The notes beneath the pieces were generated by a model. That model did not search any database. It had not been told where the DNA came from and saw nothing but the letters and a program-made list of their open reading frames with translations. Both the position numbers and the translations under genes were made by a program. 64,000 nt of DNA from Escherichia phage vB_Eco_F27, in sequence record OP870146.1; one strand, given 5' to 3'. Numbering within the stretch: the stretch's first letter is position 1; each line of letters opens with the position of its first letter. Shown in pieces: positions 56,064 to 64,000 of the stretch.

Positions 56064-57053
56064 TTATTTATAGTAAGAATTATGATTTTCGAGATAGACT
56101 TGTTCAAGGAAGTCATCCCAGAAACTCATATCTACTTTTTGTTGCATACCGTTCTTAGTGGCTTGTTCCGATGCTTGTTCAACTTGGTCAACGATATCTT
56201 CTAGGAATTCTTGTACAGTTTTAAACGTATGTTTACCAAGCTTAACATCGAGAATAAATGGAGCATCCTGAAGTGGGTAAACCAGGTCGCCGGTTTTGTA
56301 AATTTCCAATAGTTGAAGTCCACCACGACATGCATGACTCAATGCTTTCCAGTCAATACCTTCGTTGGCTTCTGCCTTACGAGCACGTTCACCATAGTTC
56401 TCTTCCAGTTTAACCAGGATGGCATTGAACTCTTTATTGGTTAACGTGTCTTGGAATTTACGGTCTAACAGATTATAGAATGTTTGCTTACCTGTTTTCT
56501 CGTTTTCGGTTTCAACCCACGAAGCAAATTCACCTACAGGCAGAACATTCTTCATATGTGATAAACGAATTACTGCACCATTATCAAAGTATTGTCCCCA
56601 TTCATTAGAACGTTTAAGGGCTTGACGAAGAACAGCCAGTCGAGAACCCTTGACACCGTATTTAGAAGCTTGCTTACGGACATACCCTAAATAAGATTTC
56701 ATGTTAGTAGTATAGAAACGAGACCTGTTGTCTTGAATATACTTCCACACGTCAGGCAAATCAGATTTAACTACTAGACTTGGTGGAGTGTGAAGCATAT
56801 CTAATGCGACGGTTTCACCATCCGCAGCTAGTTTAAAGAAATATTTGAGACTATACAACTCATGGTCCACGTCGTCTTTTGTGTTCTTAGAAGATGTGTT
56901 ATTCGTGTTCTTGCTCATGTGTTCTTTAACGTTACCGGTCAAGATATCACGAGCATGAGGGACATAAATTTCTTTAAAATCGACGTCAGATTCAGGAGTA
57001 GACGTTCCATAAAGGTGGCTACCAAAGTAGCCTTTCATAATTGTTTTCATCAT
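56064..57053 (-). CDS. putative nucleotidyltransferase (Pol-beta superfamily fold)
   Basis: GSHLYGTSTPESDVDF = [GS]-x9-D-x-D nucleotidyltransferase signature. Confidence 0.5.
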   Translation of the reverse strand: MMKTIMKGYFGSHLYGTSTPESDVDFKEIYVPHARDILTGNVKEHMSKNTNNTSSKNTKDDVDHELYSLKYFFKLAADGETVALDMLHTPPSLVVKSDLPDVWKYIQDNRSRFYTTNMKSYLGYVRKQASKYGVKGSRLAVLRQALKRSNEWGQYFDNGAVIRLSHMKNVLPVGEFASWVETENEKTGKQTFYNLLDRKFQDTLTNKEFNAILVKLEENYGERARKAEANEGIDWKALSHACRGGLQLLEIYKTGDLVYPLQDAPFILDVKLGKHTFKTVQEFLEDIVDQVEQASEQATKNGMQQKVDMSFWDDFLEQVYLENHNSYYK

Positions 57054-57523
57054 TTAGCCTTATATTCAAGAGTAGGACAGACTTTTTCTTTACGAGCTTT
57101 AAGGTATTCGCCTATTAATGATTTCTTACGTTCAATAGGCTCAAGTCCATTTTTAATTCGTTCTTGGTTTTGTGCAATGAGCTCAATTTCTTTATAATAT
57201 TTTCTGTCGTTATATTTGTCTAACAACCAAGACGGACCAATTACCAACCCGGTAGCAATAAAAGCCATGACTGCTACAATTAAAACGCCTACACCAATTG
57301 AGGCTGGAACTAATGTCCATAGACTGCTAAAAACAAAGAATTTAGTTAAAATTTCCTGGCCAATGATTGTGACTGCTGCTAAAATCGCAAATCCAATAAT
57401 TGAAACAGCTAATACCGGGATTAGCGTTTTCCAAAAATAAGCACACAACGTTTTCGGACGATTCCATGTACTATTGAACGCGGCATAAATTTTAAAGTGC
57501 CAAGAGTTTTCATTGATAATCAT
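57050..57523 (-). CDS. integral membrane protein
   Basis: Several hydrophobic helices. Confidence 0.5.
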   Translation of the reverse strand: MIINENSWHFKIYAAFNSTWNRPKTLCAYFWKTLIPVLAVSIIGFAILAAVTIIGQEILTKFFVFSSLWTLVPASIGVGVLIVAVMAFIATGLVIGPSWLLDKYNDRKYYKEIELIAQNQERIKNGLEPIERKKSLIGEYLKARKEKVCPTLEYKAK

Positions 57524-57532
57524 AATAATTCC

Positions 57533-58063
57533 TTATTTCAAAGTTGGGATAATAGAATCGAGATAAGCTTTAAGAGCAACTGCTTCATCTTTGTCTAATG
57601 TAATGATATGTTGACGAAGGTCATCAATTTGGCGAATAACTACGACATCACCGTCTTCATAAGAAGGATTAACGCCTAGGACTGTTGTATAGTCAGGGCG
57701 GTCCTGATTTGTAATAAAAGCATTACGGCATTTAGCCCATTGAAGTTTGGCCTTTTTGGCTGTTTCAGATTCCATTAATTCTTTCACCTTAGTGACGAAT
57801 GTTTTCCAATTATTGATAGAAAGGCATTCATCTTCTGTTTCGATATTAACCCCACTATAAAGACCGTGATAAAAACGAACTTGAAGGTCTTCATCAATGT
57901 TAATTACAGATGCATGGCCGGGCGGATTGAGTTTCAAAATCTTGTCCAGTTCCATAGGAAGAATAGTAACAGCATCATCTTCTTGTGTCAGAACGTAAGC
58001 ATAACCACGTTTTTCGATACATAAATCACCAAACAACTCAGTCGTTTCAATTACAGTTTTCAT
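57533..58063 (-). CDS. hypothetical protein
   Basis: Start taken at MKTVIETTE. Confidence 0.45.
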   Translation of the reverse strand: MKTVIETTELFGDLCIEKRGYAYVLTQEDDAVTILPMELDKILKLNPPGHASVINIDEDLQVRFYHGLYSGVNIETEDECLSINNWKTFVTKVKELMESETAKKAKLQWAKCRNAFITNQDRPDYTTVLGVNPSYEDGDVVVIRQIDDLRQHIITLDKDEAVALKAYLDSIIPTLK

Positions 58064-58312
58064 ATTATTCACCAATTAAAGTTTCAACAAAATTCACTAA
58101 AGCATTCTGGCAAGCATCAACCTGATTTCTATAAAAATTAAATAAGATCCATCAATTTATTAGCTTGTTCACGAGTCATTTTACCATGCTCGCTTCAATA
58201 AGATTCATTACACCATTTACCATGTTATAGGTAAACATCGGATAATTGTATTGTACTACAACATAAGCGATAAGCAAAAGTTTCATTTTGTTCTCCATTT
58301 GTTTTGGTAGGA

Positions 58313-58344
58313 CTACTATAACATAGTCCTACCAAGTTGTAAAC
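58313..58344 (-). promoter_or_regulatory. early promoter, -10 flanked by 9-bp inverted repeat
   Basis: GTTTAC aacttGGTAGGACTatgt TATAGT AGTCCTACC; perfect IR GGTAGGACT/AGTCCTACC. Confidence 0.55.
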
Positions 58345-58577
58345 TACCGATTGTGTTTTAAATGTTGATAAAGCTCTTCAACTTGTTTAGGGTCCAAAAC
58401 AATTAAGTCATTTTCTTGACGAAGATAAATCCATCCCTTATCCCCAGGACCATTTTTACAAAACATCACCACCATATCATCATCTTCAGCGCTTTCAGGT
58501 AAAAGTTCAAGTACACCGTCTTCAGATTTTCCAGTATAATCGTAAAGCATAATATCCTCACATAATCTCGTTAACAT
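58344..58577 (-). CDS. hypothetical protein
   Basis: 77-aa ORF. Confidence 0.4.
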   Translation of the reverse strand: MLTRLCEDIMLYDYTGKSEDGVLELLPESAEDDDMVVMFCKNGPGDKGWIYLRQENDLIVLDPKQVEELYQHLKHNR

Positions 58578-58737
58578 ACATTTGCAATTCGGTGTGGGCG
58601 TCAGCCATCTTTTTCATAGCTCTGTTAATGTCGATGTCTCCATCTTCGCAACCATGAGCATTTTCCCAATCAGATACCGCATTAGCGTACTCTTCAATCA
58701 AAAACATTAACTTAGAAATTTTTTCTTTACGTGACAT
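58558..58737 (-). CDS. hypothetical protein
   Basis: Start at MSRKEKISK after promoter and SD. Confidence 0.4.
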   Translation of the reverse strand: MSRKEKISKLMFLIEEYANAVSDWENAHGCEDGDIDINRAMKKMADAHTELQMYVNEIM

Positions 58738-58764
58738 AACGTTCTCCTCTAGTAAGTAAGGTTT

Positions 58765-58793
58765 ACTATAACACAACCTGAGGAGAAGTAAAC
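58765..58793 (-). promoter_or_regulatory. early promoter, spacer complementary to SD
   Basis: GTTTAC ttctcctcaggttgtgt TATAGT; spacer CTCCTC vs 5'UTR GAGGAG. Confidence 0.55.
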
Positions 58794-58802
58794 TGATAGA
58801 TG

Positions 58803-58832
58803 CCAAAAAGCCCCAACCTTTCGGAAGGGGCT
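58803..58832 (-). terminator. rho-independent terminator after rI
   Basis: AGCCCC...GGGGCU stem then UUUUUGG. Confidence 0.55.
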
Positions 58833-58838
58833 AGTAAA

Positions 58839-59141
58839 TTAGATAGATGTAGGCTCTAATTTTATTTTCATGAACTCGGCAAATTGTCTGGCAGTTTTTA
58901 TGCCTTGTTCATGACATTCAAATGCATCATCACAGGGGCTATTTTTGTAATGCTTTGCCATATACTTATAGAATTTTTCAGAATTCTCGACATTTTGAAT
59001 TTCAAACAAAGTATATACGTTTTTAATCCCTGATTCCATAAAGTTATCAAAATATGGGTCGATATATGCAGTACCAACGATAGGAGTTGTTGCTGCAAAA
59101 AACCCCAGCATCGCCATGACAGCTATCGCTCTTAAGGCCAT
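58839..59141 (-). CDS. rI: lysis inhibition regulator rI
   Basis: DPYFDNFMESGIKNVYTLFE...YKNSPCDDAFEC matches recalled T4 RI; synteny next to tk. Confidence 0.85.
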   Translation of the reverse strand: MALRAIAVMAMLGFFAATTPIVGTAYIDPYFDNFMESGIKNVYTLFEIQNVENSEKFYKYMAKHYKNSPCDDAFECHEQGIKTARQFAEFMKIKLEPTSI

Positions 59142-59153
59142 ATAGGCCTCCTG

Positions 59154-59366
59154 TTAATTTTGGCCAGTATTTATTTTTCGCCTTTGGACGGCCTTAACAT
59201 CTGTGAGGTATTTTTCCAGCTTGCGCTTGCGTGTATAATCAGCTTTAGAACCAGTTTGACGGATATCCTCGTTTAAATGAGAAATAGAATGTCCTAATTC
59301 TCTTCGGATTTCATCCAATTTGGTTACAGTAAGATTACGAAGTTGTCTTTCGTTTAATTGCTGCAT
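59154..59366 (-). CDS. hypothetical protein (rI.1 position)
   Basis: 70-aa basic ORF. Confidence 0.45.
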   Translation of the reverse strand: MQQLNERQLRNLTVTKLDEIRRELGHSISHLNEDIRQTGSKADYTRKRKLEKYLTDVKAVQRRKINTGQN

Positions 59367-59393
59367 ATATACCTCTTGGTTAGATATTAGTAT

Positions 59394-59975
59394 TTATAAC
59401 AACCCTGTCAAATCGTTCCAATGCTTCCGGCATAATGACACATATCTATCGGTATCACCAATTTCAATTTGACTGCCATCTGTAATTGGAAGTCCGTCTT
59501 CCGTGACTCTAGCTACCATTGTGGCCTTTTTACCGCAATGACAGACACCTTTAAGTTCAACAAGCTTATCGGCAATAGCCATTAATGCTTGAGAACCTTC
59601 AAATAGATTACCTTTAAAATCTGTTCGTAGTCCATATGCCATTACCGGCACATTGTATACGTCAACAATACGACTAAGTTGATACACCTTTTCAGTAGTT
59701 AAGAACTGAGCTTCGTCAACAAATACGCAGTGAATATCCTTTTGTGCTGCAGCCCATTTATAGAATTCAAAGATATCCATGTCTTTTGTAATTATATTGG
59801 CGTCCTGGCGAATACCAATACGAGAGACTATTTCACCTTTTGAATCGCGAGTATCAATAGCCGGTTTAAGAACTAATACACCCATGCCACGTTCTTTATA
59901 GTTATGTGCGGCAGTAAGTAATGAAGCAGACTTACCAGCGTTCATAGCGGCATAGGTAAAAATTAAACTAGCCAT
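59394..59975 (-). CDS. tk: thymidine kinase
   Basis: Walker A AAMNAGKS; Zn ribbon CHCGKKA...CRKH; 193 aa. Confidence 0.93.
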   Translation of the reverse strand: MASLIFTYAAMNAGKSASLLTAAHNYKERGMGVLVLKPAIDTRDSKGEIVSRIGIRQDANIITKDMDIFEFYKWAAAQKDIHCVFVDEAQFLTTEKVYQLSRIVDVYNVPVMAYGLRTDFKGNLFEGSQALMAIADKLVELKGVCHCGKKATMVARVTEDGLPITDGSQIEIGDTDRYVSLCRKHWNDLTGLL

Positions 59976-59984
59976 AAGAGTCCC

Positions 59985-60167
59985 TTATAGTGAATTCACG
60001 TAGTCAATGAGTTCTTGTTCTTTCCTGTCAAATGATTCCAACAATGCTTGATATTCTTCGTCCGTCAAAGGAGCATATTCATCATACGCATTGGTGGCTG
60101 CTTGCTCATCCAATAGGTCATGGATAAGTTCAAACAGTTTAGTTTTCTCTTCTTTAGTCAATTTCAT
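59985..60167 (-). CDS. hypothetical protein
   Basis: 60-aa acidic ORF. Confidence 0.4.
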   Translation of the reverse strand: MKLTKEEKTKLFELIHDLLDEQAATNAYDEYAPLTDEEYQALLESFDRKEQELIDYVNSL

Positions 60168-60391
60168 TTAGGTTCACCTTCTTTAACGAAATCTGGGTAA
60201 GGGTAAAATCCTGAGTAAAACCCTTCACCTTTATGATTGCTACAACCTTTGTTCGAACAGTAACACCAATAATCAAAATCACAAGCCATTTCGTCATTGC
60301 ATAAAGCAAAAACTACAGGCCATTCGCATTTTTCGCATTTAGCACCTGTAAGAATTTTTGTTTGACTCATAGCCATGTCACCTTTAAGCAA
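60164..60391 (-). CDS. Cys-rich small protein
   Basis: CEKCEW ... CYCSNKGCSNH. Confidence 0.4.
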   Translation of the reverse strand: MLKGDMAMSQTKILTGAKCEKCEWPVVFALCNDEMACDFDYWCYCSNKGCSNHKGEGFYSGFYPYPDFVKEGEPK

Positions 60392-60594
60392 TATTCTTCT
60401 ACATGTTGTTTACGGCCTTTCTTATCAATAAAGGTATATTCAACGAATGTTCCGATGTAGTCTTTATCTACATCATGTGGACTATTAATTGGACATTTAG
60501 TACGACAAATGCGTTCCCATTGACGAATAATTACTGCCTTATTCTTTGGATCATATGGATGTGGATAATGTATATTCATAATAACGGTTCCCAA
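60367..60594 (-). CDS. hypothetical protein
   Basis: 75-aa ORF. Confidence 0.4.
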   Translation of the reverse strand: MGTVIMNIHYPHPYDPKNKAVIIRQWERICRTKCPINSPHDVDKDYIGTFVEYTFIDKKGRKQHVEEYCLKVTWL

Positions 60595-61073
60595 TCAACA
60601 ATCACAATTTCTAGTTTAGTGGAATACGTATCTAAAATCTCTTCGATGACATCCCAGTTTCCACCACCAATACCTGCACCAATTCTTGGCATATAAATTA
60701 CAGGCTTTGTTATCTTATTCTTTCCGAATTCATTTAATTCTATTATACAATTCATTAAAGCAGAGTACTCAAAATTAGGTCCCGGCTCAAACTGTGTATA
60801 AAGATTAAAGCAATAAGCTTTATGGGTCTTAAAATATTTTTCATAAACCGAATAAGTCCAGAGTTTAGACTTGTCTCCGAATTCGGTTTGAAGTTTATCG
60901 GCTTCCAGAATTTTTGGATAAGCCTTTGCTAATTGCCCTGCCACACCAGCGCCCATTGTATGAAAACAATTACACCCATGAGCAATATTATTACCTTTAG
61001 AAAACAGGGCGACAATATCGCCCTTGATATAGTTTTTAATCACTTGCTGCAAGTCCTCTATTATAAGAGTCAA
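60576..61073 (-). CDS. macro-domain protein (ADP-ribose binding / ADP-ribosyl hydrolase)
   Basis: HGCNCFHTMGAGVAGQLAKAYP and MPRIGAGIGGGNWDVIEEIL match macro-domain glycine-rich loops. Confidence 0.7.
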   Translation of the reverse strand: MTLIIEDLQQVIKNYIKGDIVALFSKGNNIAHGCNCFHTMGAGVAGQLAKAYPKILEADKLQTEFGDKSKLWTYSVYEKYFKTHKAYCFNLYTQFEPGPNFEYSALMNCIIELNEFGKNKITKPVIYMPRIGAGIGGGNWDVIEEILDTYSTKLEIVIVDWEPLL

Positions 61074-61383
61074 CTAAACGGTCCACCATAGAATTGCATG
61101 CTGCCTTATCTTTAGGTTCCGCCACCGAGCATTCTAATATTTGCCATTTTTTATAGTATCTTTTAATTAAGGTAGACGCCTTGAACCTACTAGACGCCCC
61201 ATCTTTTTCTCCGTCTTTATAAGCGTATAACAATTTTTGTGAAAAATCTACTTTACACTCTTGACTTTTACCACAATAATCAGACGCCGTTCTGTTTGTA
61301 TACTCCGTTACATCAGTATATGTAGTATTAGCAAGAGCGTTAAATGAAACCAAGCCAACTATTAAAGCCAACATTTTGGTCAT
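61036..61383 (-). CDS. secreted hypothetical protein
   Basis: Signal peptide MTKMLALIVGLVSFNALA. Confidence 0.45.
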   Translation of the reverse strand: MTKMLALIVGLVSFNALANTTYTDVTEYTNRTASDYCGKSQECKVDFSQKLLYAYKDGEKDGASSRFKASTLIKRYYKKWQILECSVAEPKDKAACNSMVDRLVDSYNRGLAASD

Positions 61384-61922
61384 TCTTTTATTTCCAGTAG
61401 TTTATTTGATTTAAGGTAATTAGCCTTTTCTAGGACTTCAGAAGCATATTTACTTCCAGCACTTGTCTTCCATCCCGCATTATATGAGGATATAGCTTTT
61501 CTTATATCCCCGTTATGTATATTTAACCAATAAGAAAATTCGATATAAGCCCATCTGGTTGAATTAGACCGCTTAGATAGCATTTTCTTAATTTGGGCAT
61601 CAGTCATATTATAACCAAGCTGGTTAATTCTTGCCCTCATTGTTGGTAGATAATTTTGGAACATTCCATACGCATGGTGACCTTTCTTATCTTTAAGATT
61701 AATACCGGCAGATGATTCCTGCCATAGTATTGCGGCCATTATGTATCCAAGTCCTTTCTTATGCATATTTTCATGCGTTTTAAATTTTCCATCCTTAGAA
61801 AACTGTTCCCCAAACTGATAAGCATAATTCAAGTTATCGAGTTGGACATTACTAAAAGTATGCTCGGAGCTATGTGCTGATAACGAAAGAGCAAATAGAC
61901 CAGCGAGTAGTGCTTTTCTCAT
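61380..61922 (-). CDS. secreted lytic-transglycosylase-like protein
   Basis: Signal peptide; AILWQESSAG ... HAYGMFQ resembles SLT-domain catalytic Glu and GLMQ motifs. Confidence 0.5.
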   Translation of the reverse strand: MRKALLAGLFALSLSAHSSEHTFSNVQLDNLNYAYQFGEQFSKDGKFKTHENMHKKGLGYIMAAILWQESSAGINLKDKKGHHAYGMFQNYLPTMRARINQLGYNMTDAQIKKMLSKRSNSTRWAYIEFSYWLNIHNGDIRKAISSYNAGWKTSAGSKYASEVLEKANYLKSNKLLEIKE

Positions 61923-61930
61923 GTTTACCT

Positions 61931-62389
61931 CTAGATTTTAATCACTGCTTTAGAAGCTTTTCCTGGTAGTCGTTTACTGTTAATAATAGCCATTCTGCAT
62001 TGAAGAGTCTTCATTTTGAATGCTGGATTTTCGCGACAAACTGTAAGTCCTAACCAAAGATTTCCGTCAGTTATTTCTAAACGGCCTGGACGATACTCGA
62101 CACCTTCGACAAAATCTTCATCAACATCTGGACGGGCCGGCATTGATAAAAATTCTGCAACTTCTTTAACATGATTTTTTACTTTATGAAATAATTCAAA
62201 AACGTAATTCTCATCTATTTCTCTCTGGATGGCACGATCTAAGAGATGTTGAGAATACTTGATATGAAAGCCTGGTAGTCCAAGAGACTTTGCAGCATCT
62301 TTTATACTGGCATTTATTTTGCGGAACTCCGTTTCAAAGATTCGACGGAGTTTATTACGGCGGATAAAAACGTCTGAATTGATAGTCAT
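61931..62389 (-). CDS. regB: RegB sequence-specific endoribonuclease
   Basis: MTINSDVFIRRNKLRR...YSQHLLDRAIQREIDENYVFELFHK...CRMAIINSKRLPGKASKAVIK matches recalled T4 RegB. Confidence 0.93.
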   Translation of the reverse strand: MTINSDVFIRRNKLRRIFETEFRKINASIKDAAKSLGLPGFHIKYSQHLLDRAIQREIDENYVFELFHKVKNHVKEVAEFLSMPARPDVDEDFVEGVEYRPGRLEITDGNLWLGLTVCRENPAFKMKTLQCRMAIINSKRLPGKASKAVIKI

Positions 62390-62415
62390 TTTGATTTCTC
62401 CTCTAGTTGACAGGT

Positions 62416-62446
62416 CTATAGTAACACAACTAGAGGAGAAGTAAAC
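62416..62446 (-). promoter_or_regulatory. early promoter of regB, spacer complementary to SD
   Basis: GTTTAC ttctcctctagttgtgt TACTATAGACC; spacer CTCCTCTAGTTG is exact complement of 5'UTR CAACTAGAGGAG. Confidence 0.65.
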
Positions 62447-62449
62447 TGC

Positions 62450-62701
62450 TTATTCTTGGAATGGTGTGAGTTTTCCAGCTATCGAACAAATTTCTACCAT
62501 TGCAGGATAAAACTCTTTCACTTGTTCAAGGCGCTGGACAGCGTACCGCATTTCGCCTTCTTCAAGACAAGCCACCTGGTCATCGAGCAAATATTTGTGG
62601 TAACCAGTACAGGCTTCACTAATGATACGTTGGAATTCTTGCAAACTTTCAATTTTCACTAGTATTTTTCCTCGGGTCGAAATACTGCACGACATGCCCA
62701 C
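62450..62701 (-). CDS. hypothetical protein
   Basis: 83-aa ORF. Confidence 0.4.
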   Translation of the reverse strand: MGMSCSISTRGKILVKIESLQEFQRIISEACTGYHKYLLDDQVACLEEGEMRYAVQRLEQVKEFYPAMVEICSIAGKLTPFQE

Positions 62702-62925
62702 ATGCTGGCTTCTTTTAGATGTTGCTTAGCATACTTAAGAGCCTGTACTGCATCCATATCTTCTTTGGTTTGTTGCTCTGTTTCATTTTCTTTCAAGATA
62801 TATGCTTCTTCAATCAGAGCATCAAACAACAATCCAAGACGGACTTCTGCATCTTTAATAGCGTTCACTTTACCGATTTTATCGTCGGTATGTGGCTTGT
62901 AGCCTTTAATATCTTCAATCGACAT
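62659..62925 (-). CDS. hypothetical protein
   Basis: Start taken at MSIEDIKGYK to avoid overlap with upstream ORF. Confidence 0.4.
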   Translation of the reverse strand: MSIEDIKGYKPHTDDKIGKVNAIKDAEVRLGLLFDALIEEAYILKENETEQQTKEDMDAVQALKYAKQHLKEASMWACRAVFRPEEKY

Positions 62926-63139
62926 AAGGAATTTCCTCATCGGTGGCAAGGTCATATTCGACCAATTGGATAGGCTCATTAATACCATATCCACGTACAG
63001 TGATATCAGTTGCCGGATAGTTTCCAGTAATATCACCCATTCTAAATGCTTCAGTGAATGATTGCTCGCCTGAGCAACTAAACCAGGCGGCAAAACATTT
63101 TAAAACATCTTCAGACCCTTCTATAATCAATTTAGCCAT
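62915..63139 (-). CDS. hypothetical protein
   Basis: 74-aa acidic ORF. Confidence 0.4.
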   Translation of the reverse strand: MAKLIIEGSEDVLKCFAAWFSCSGEQSFTEAFRMGDITGNYPATDITVRGYGINEPIQLVEYDLATDEEIPYVD

Positions 63140-63501
63140 TATAGACTCTCAGTAAAGGTACGAGCGATAACGTCGCGCTGCTGTTCCGGAGTCAGAGAGT
63201 TAAAGCGAACTGCATAACCGGATACACGGATGGTCAGCTGCGGATATTTTTCCGGATGCTTAACTGCATCTTCCAGAGTTTCGCGACGCAGAACGTTAAC
63301 GTTCAGGTGTTGACCACCTTCAATTTTAACTTTAGGTTGATGTTCAATTTCAATTTCACGGGCATGCAAACCGTAGAAAATTTCCGGGTCTACAATAGAG
63401 TCTTCTTTAAAAGTCTTAGAGACGATAATCCGGGCTTGAGTACCGTCTTCAAAATAAATAGTGCCTTTATGTGTACCTTCAAGAATTTGATATGCTTTCA
63501 T
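63139..63501 (-). CDS. autonomous glycyl-radical cofactor (GrcA/YfiD-like)
   Basis: C-terminal [15 protein letters not shown] glycyl-radical signature; 120 aa; a T4 YfiD homolog has been described. Confidence 0.8.
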   Translation of the reverse strand: MKAYQILEGTHKGTIYFEDGTQARIIVSKTFKEDSIVDPEIFYGLHAREIEIEHQPKVKIEGGQHLNVNVLRRETLEDAVKHPEKYPQLTIRVSGYAVRFNSLTPEQQRDVIARTFTESL

Positions 63502-63507
63502 ATAACC

Positions 63508-63816
63508 TCAATTAGAAAATAAATTTATCCAAGATTTTTCTTTAATCAAAAATGGGTCGGAATTAAACGCCATTAAACTTTGAGTGATTAATCCCTTAAA
63601 TGGCCCATCAATAAATTCCATTTTGAAATGTGGAATACTAGTCATCAACCGTGCATTAGGAGCAGTACAAAGAACATGCTGCCCTGCGAACGGACCTTTA
63701 GTTAAACGATATCGTTTAGGTTTAAAATGGTAAATCTCGTAATTTTCTACAAGAGCCCTTTTATTGCATACTGGGCTGTTATAACAATACTCAAAAACTT
63801 CAATAGTGGTCATCAT
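63508..63816 (-). CDS. hypothetical protein
   Basis: 102-aa ORF. Confidence 0.4.
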   Translation of the reverse strand: MMTTIEVFEYCYNSPVCNKRALVENYEIYHFKPKRYRLTKGPFAGQHVLCTAPNARLMTSIPHFKMEFIDGPFKGLITQSLMAFNSDPFLIKEKSWINLFSN

Positions 63817-64000
63817 TGCATTCCAATCACAAAAAATTGAGGACGAGCATTACCGCCGATGCAATATTTGCTTTTGCAGCAGTGCTGTACTGTTTTAATG
63901 TGGACATTGTAAATCTTATCCATATCAGGAGCTTTAATAGGCTCGTCAATTATATACAGAATACGAGAAAGCGTTAATCCACGGAATTTAGAACCTTCAT
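63813..64000 (-). CDS. hypothetical protein, partial (start beyond window end)
   Basis: Open reverse frame from window edge ending ...CCKSKYCIGGNARPQFFVIGMQ; ATGA overlap with next gene. Confidence 0.35.
   Translation of the reverse strand, partial: EGSKFRGLTLSRILYIIDEPIKAPDMDKIYNVHIKTVQHCCKSKYCIGGNARPQFFVIGMQ

Noticed and set aside
7590-62450. Recurrent ~50-bp GTAAAC...TATAATA-containing elements considered as CRISPR repeats or transposon terminal inverted repeats
   Set aside because: Irregular spacing, always immediately 5' of a minus-strand gene start and matching the T4 early promoter consensus (GTTTAC-N17-TATAAT); no transposase or cas genes
62915-63093. Long N-terminal extension of ORF 62659-63093 overlapping ORF 62915-63139
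   Set aside because: The extension has implausible composition; an internal Met at 62925 gives a non-overlapping gene
1-64000. tRNA genes, rRNA or CRISPR arrays
   Set aside because: No cloverleaf-like or regularly spaced repeat structures seen; intergenic space is almost fully accounted for by promoters and terminators

Overview
This window is a ~64-kb stretch of a T4-type (Tevenvirinae) myophage genome covering the early/middle replication, recombination and nucleotide-metabolism region. Coding density is about 95% and almost every gene is on the minus strand. Recognisable order (low to high coordinate): rIIA (partial), a glycosyltransferase plus HNH homing endonuclease, an unsplit gene 39 topoisomerase subunit, dexA, dda, modA/modB-like ADP-ribosyltransferases, soc, 56 dCTPase, 61 primase, spackle, dmd, 41 helicase, uvsX, 42 dCMP hydroxymethylase, 43 DNA polymerase (903 aa, RB69-like from memory), regA, 62/44/45, 46/47, 55, nrdG, intron-containing nrdD with a GIY-YIG endonuclease, 49, nrdC, rI, tk, a macro-domain protein, regB and a GrcA-like glycyl-radical protein. 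The most interesting feature is at the positions where T4 carries beta-gt and imm, with no alpha-gt between 47 and 55. Here the phage instead has an operon encoding a SIS arabinose-5-phosphate isomerase, a KdsC-like HAD phosphatase, a fused sugar-1-phosphate nucleotidyltransferase/anomeric-kinase, a Cys-rich enzyme, a Tmk-like kinase and unknown proteins, wrapped around gene 42. I read this as a nucleotide-pentose (probably NDP-D-arabinose) supply line for glycosylating hmC in DNA; arabinosyl-hmC has been reported for RB69-type phages, but the gene assignments here are my inference. Other notable structure: about 18 early promoters of GTTTAC-N17-TAT(A/T)AT type, several with spacers complementary to the downstream Shine-Dalgarno; a perfect 343-bp tandem duplication at the primase 5' end; a tandem three-gene paralog family; and many UUCG-tetraloop terminators. 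All protein calls rest on motif recognition, recalled homolog sequences and synteny; no database search was possible.
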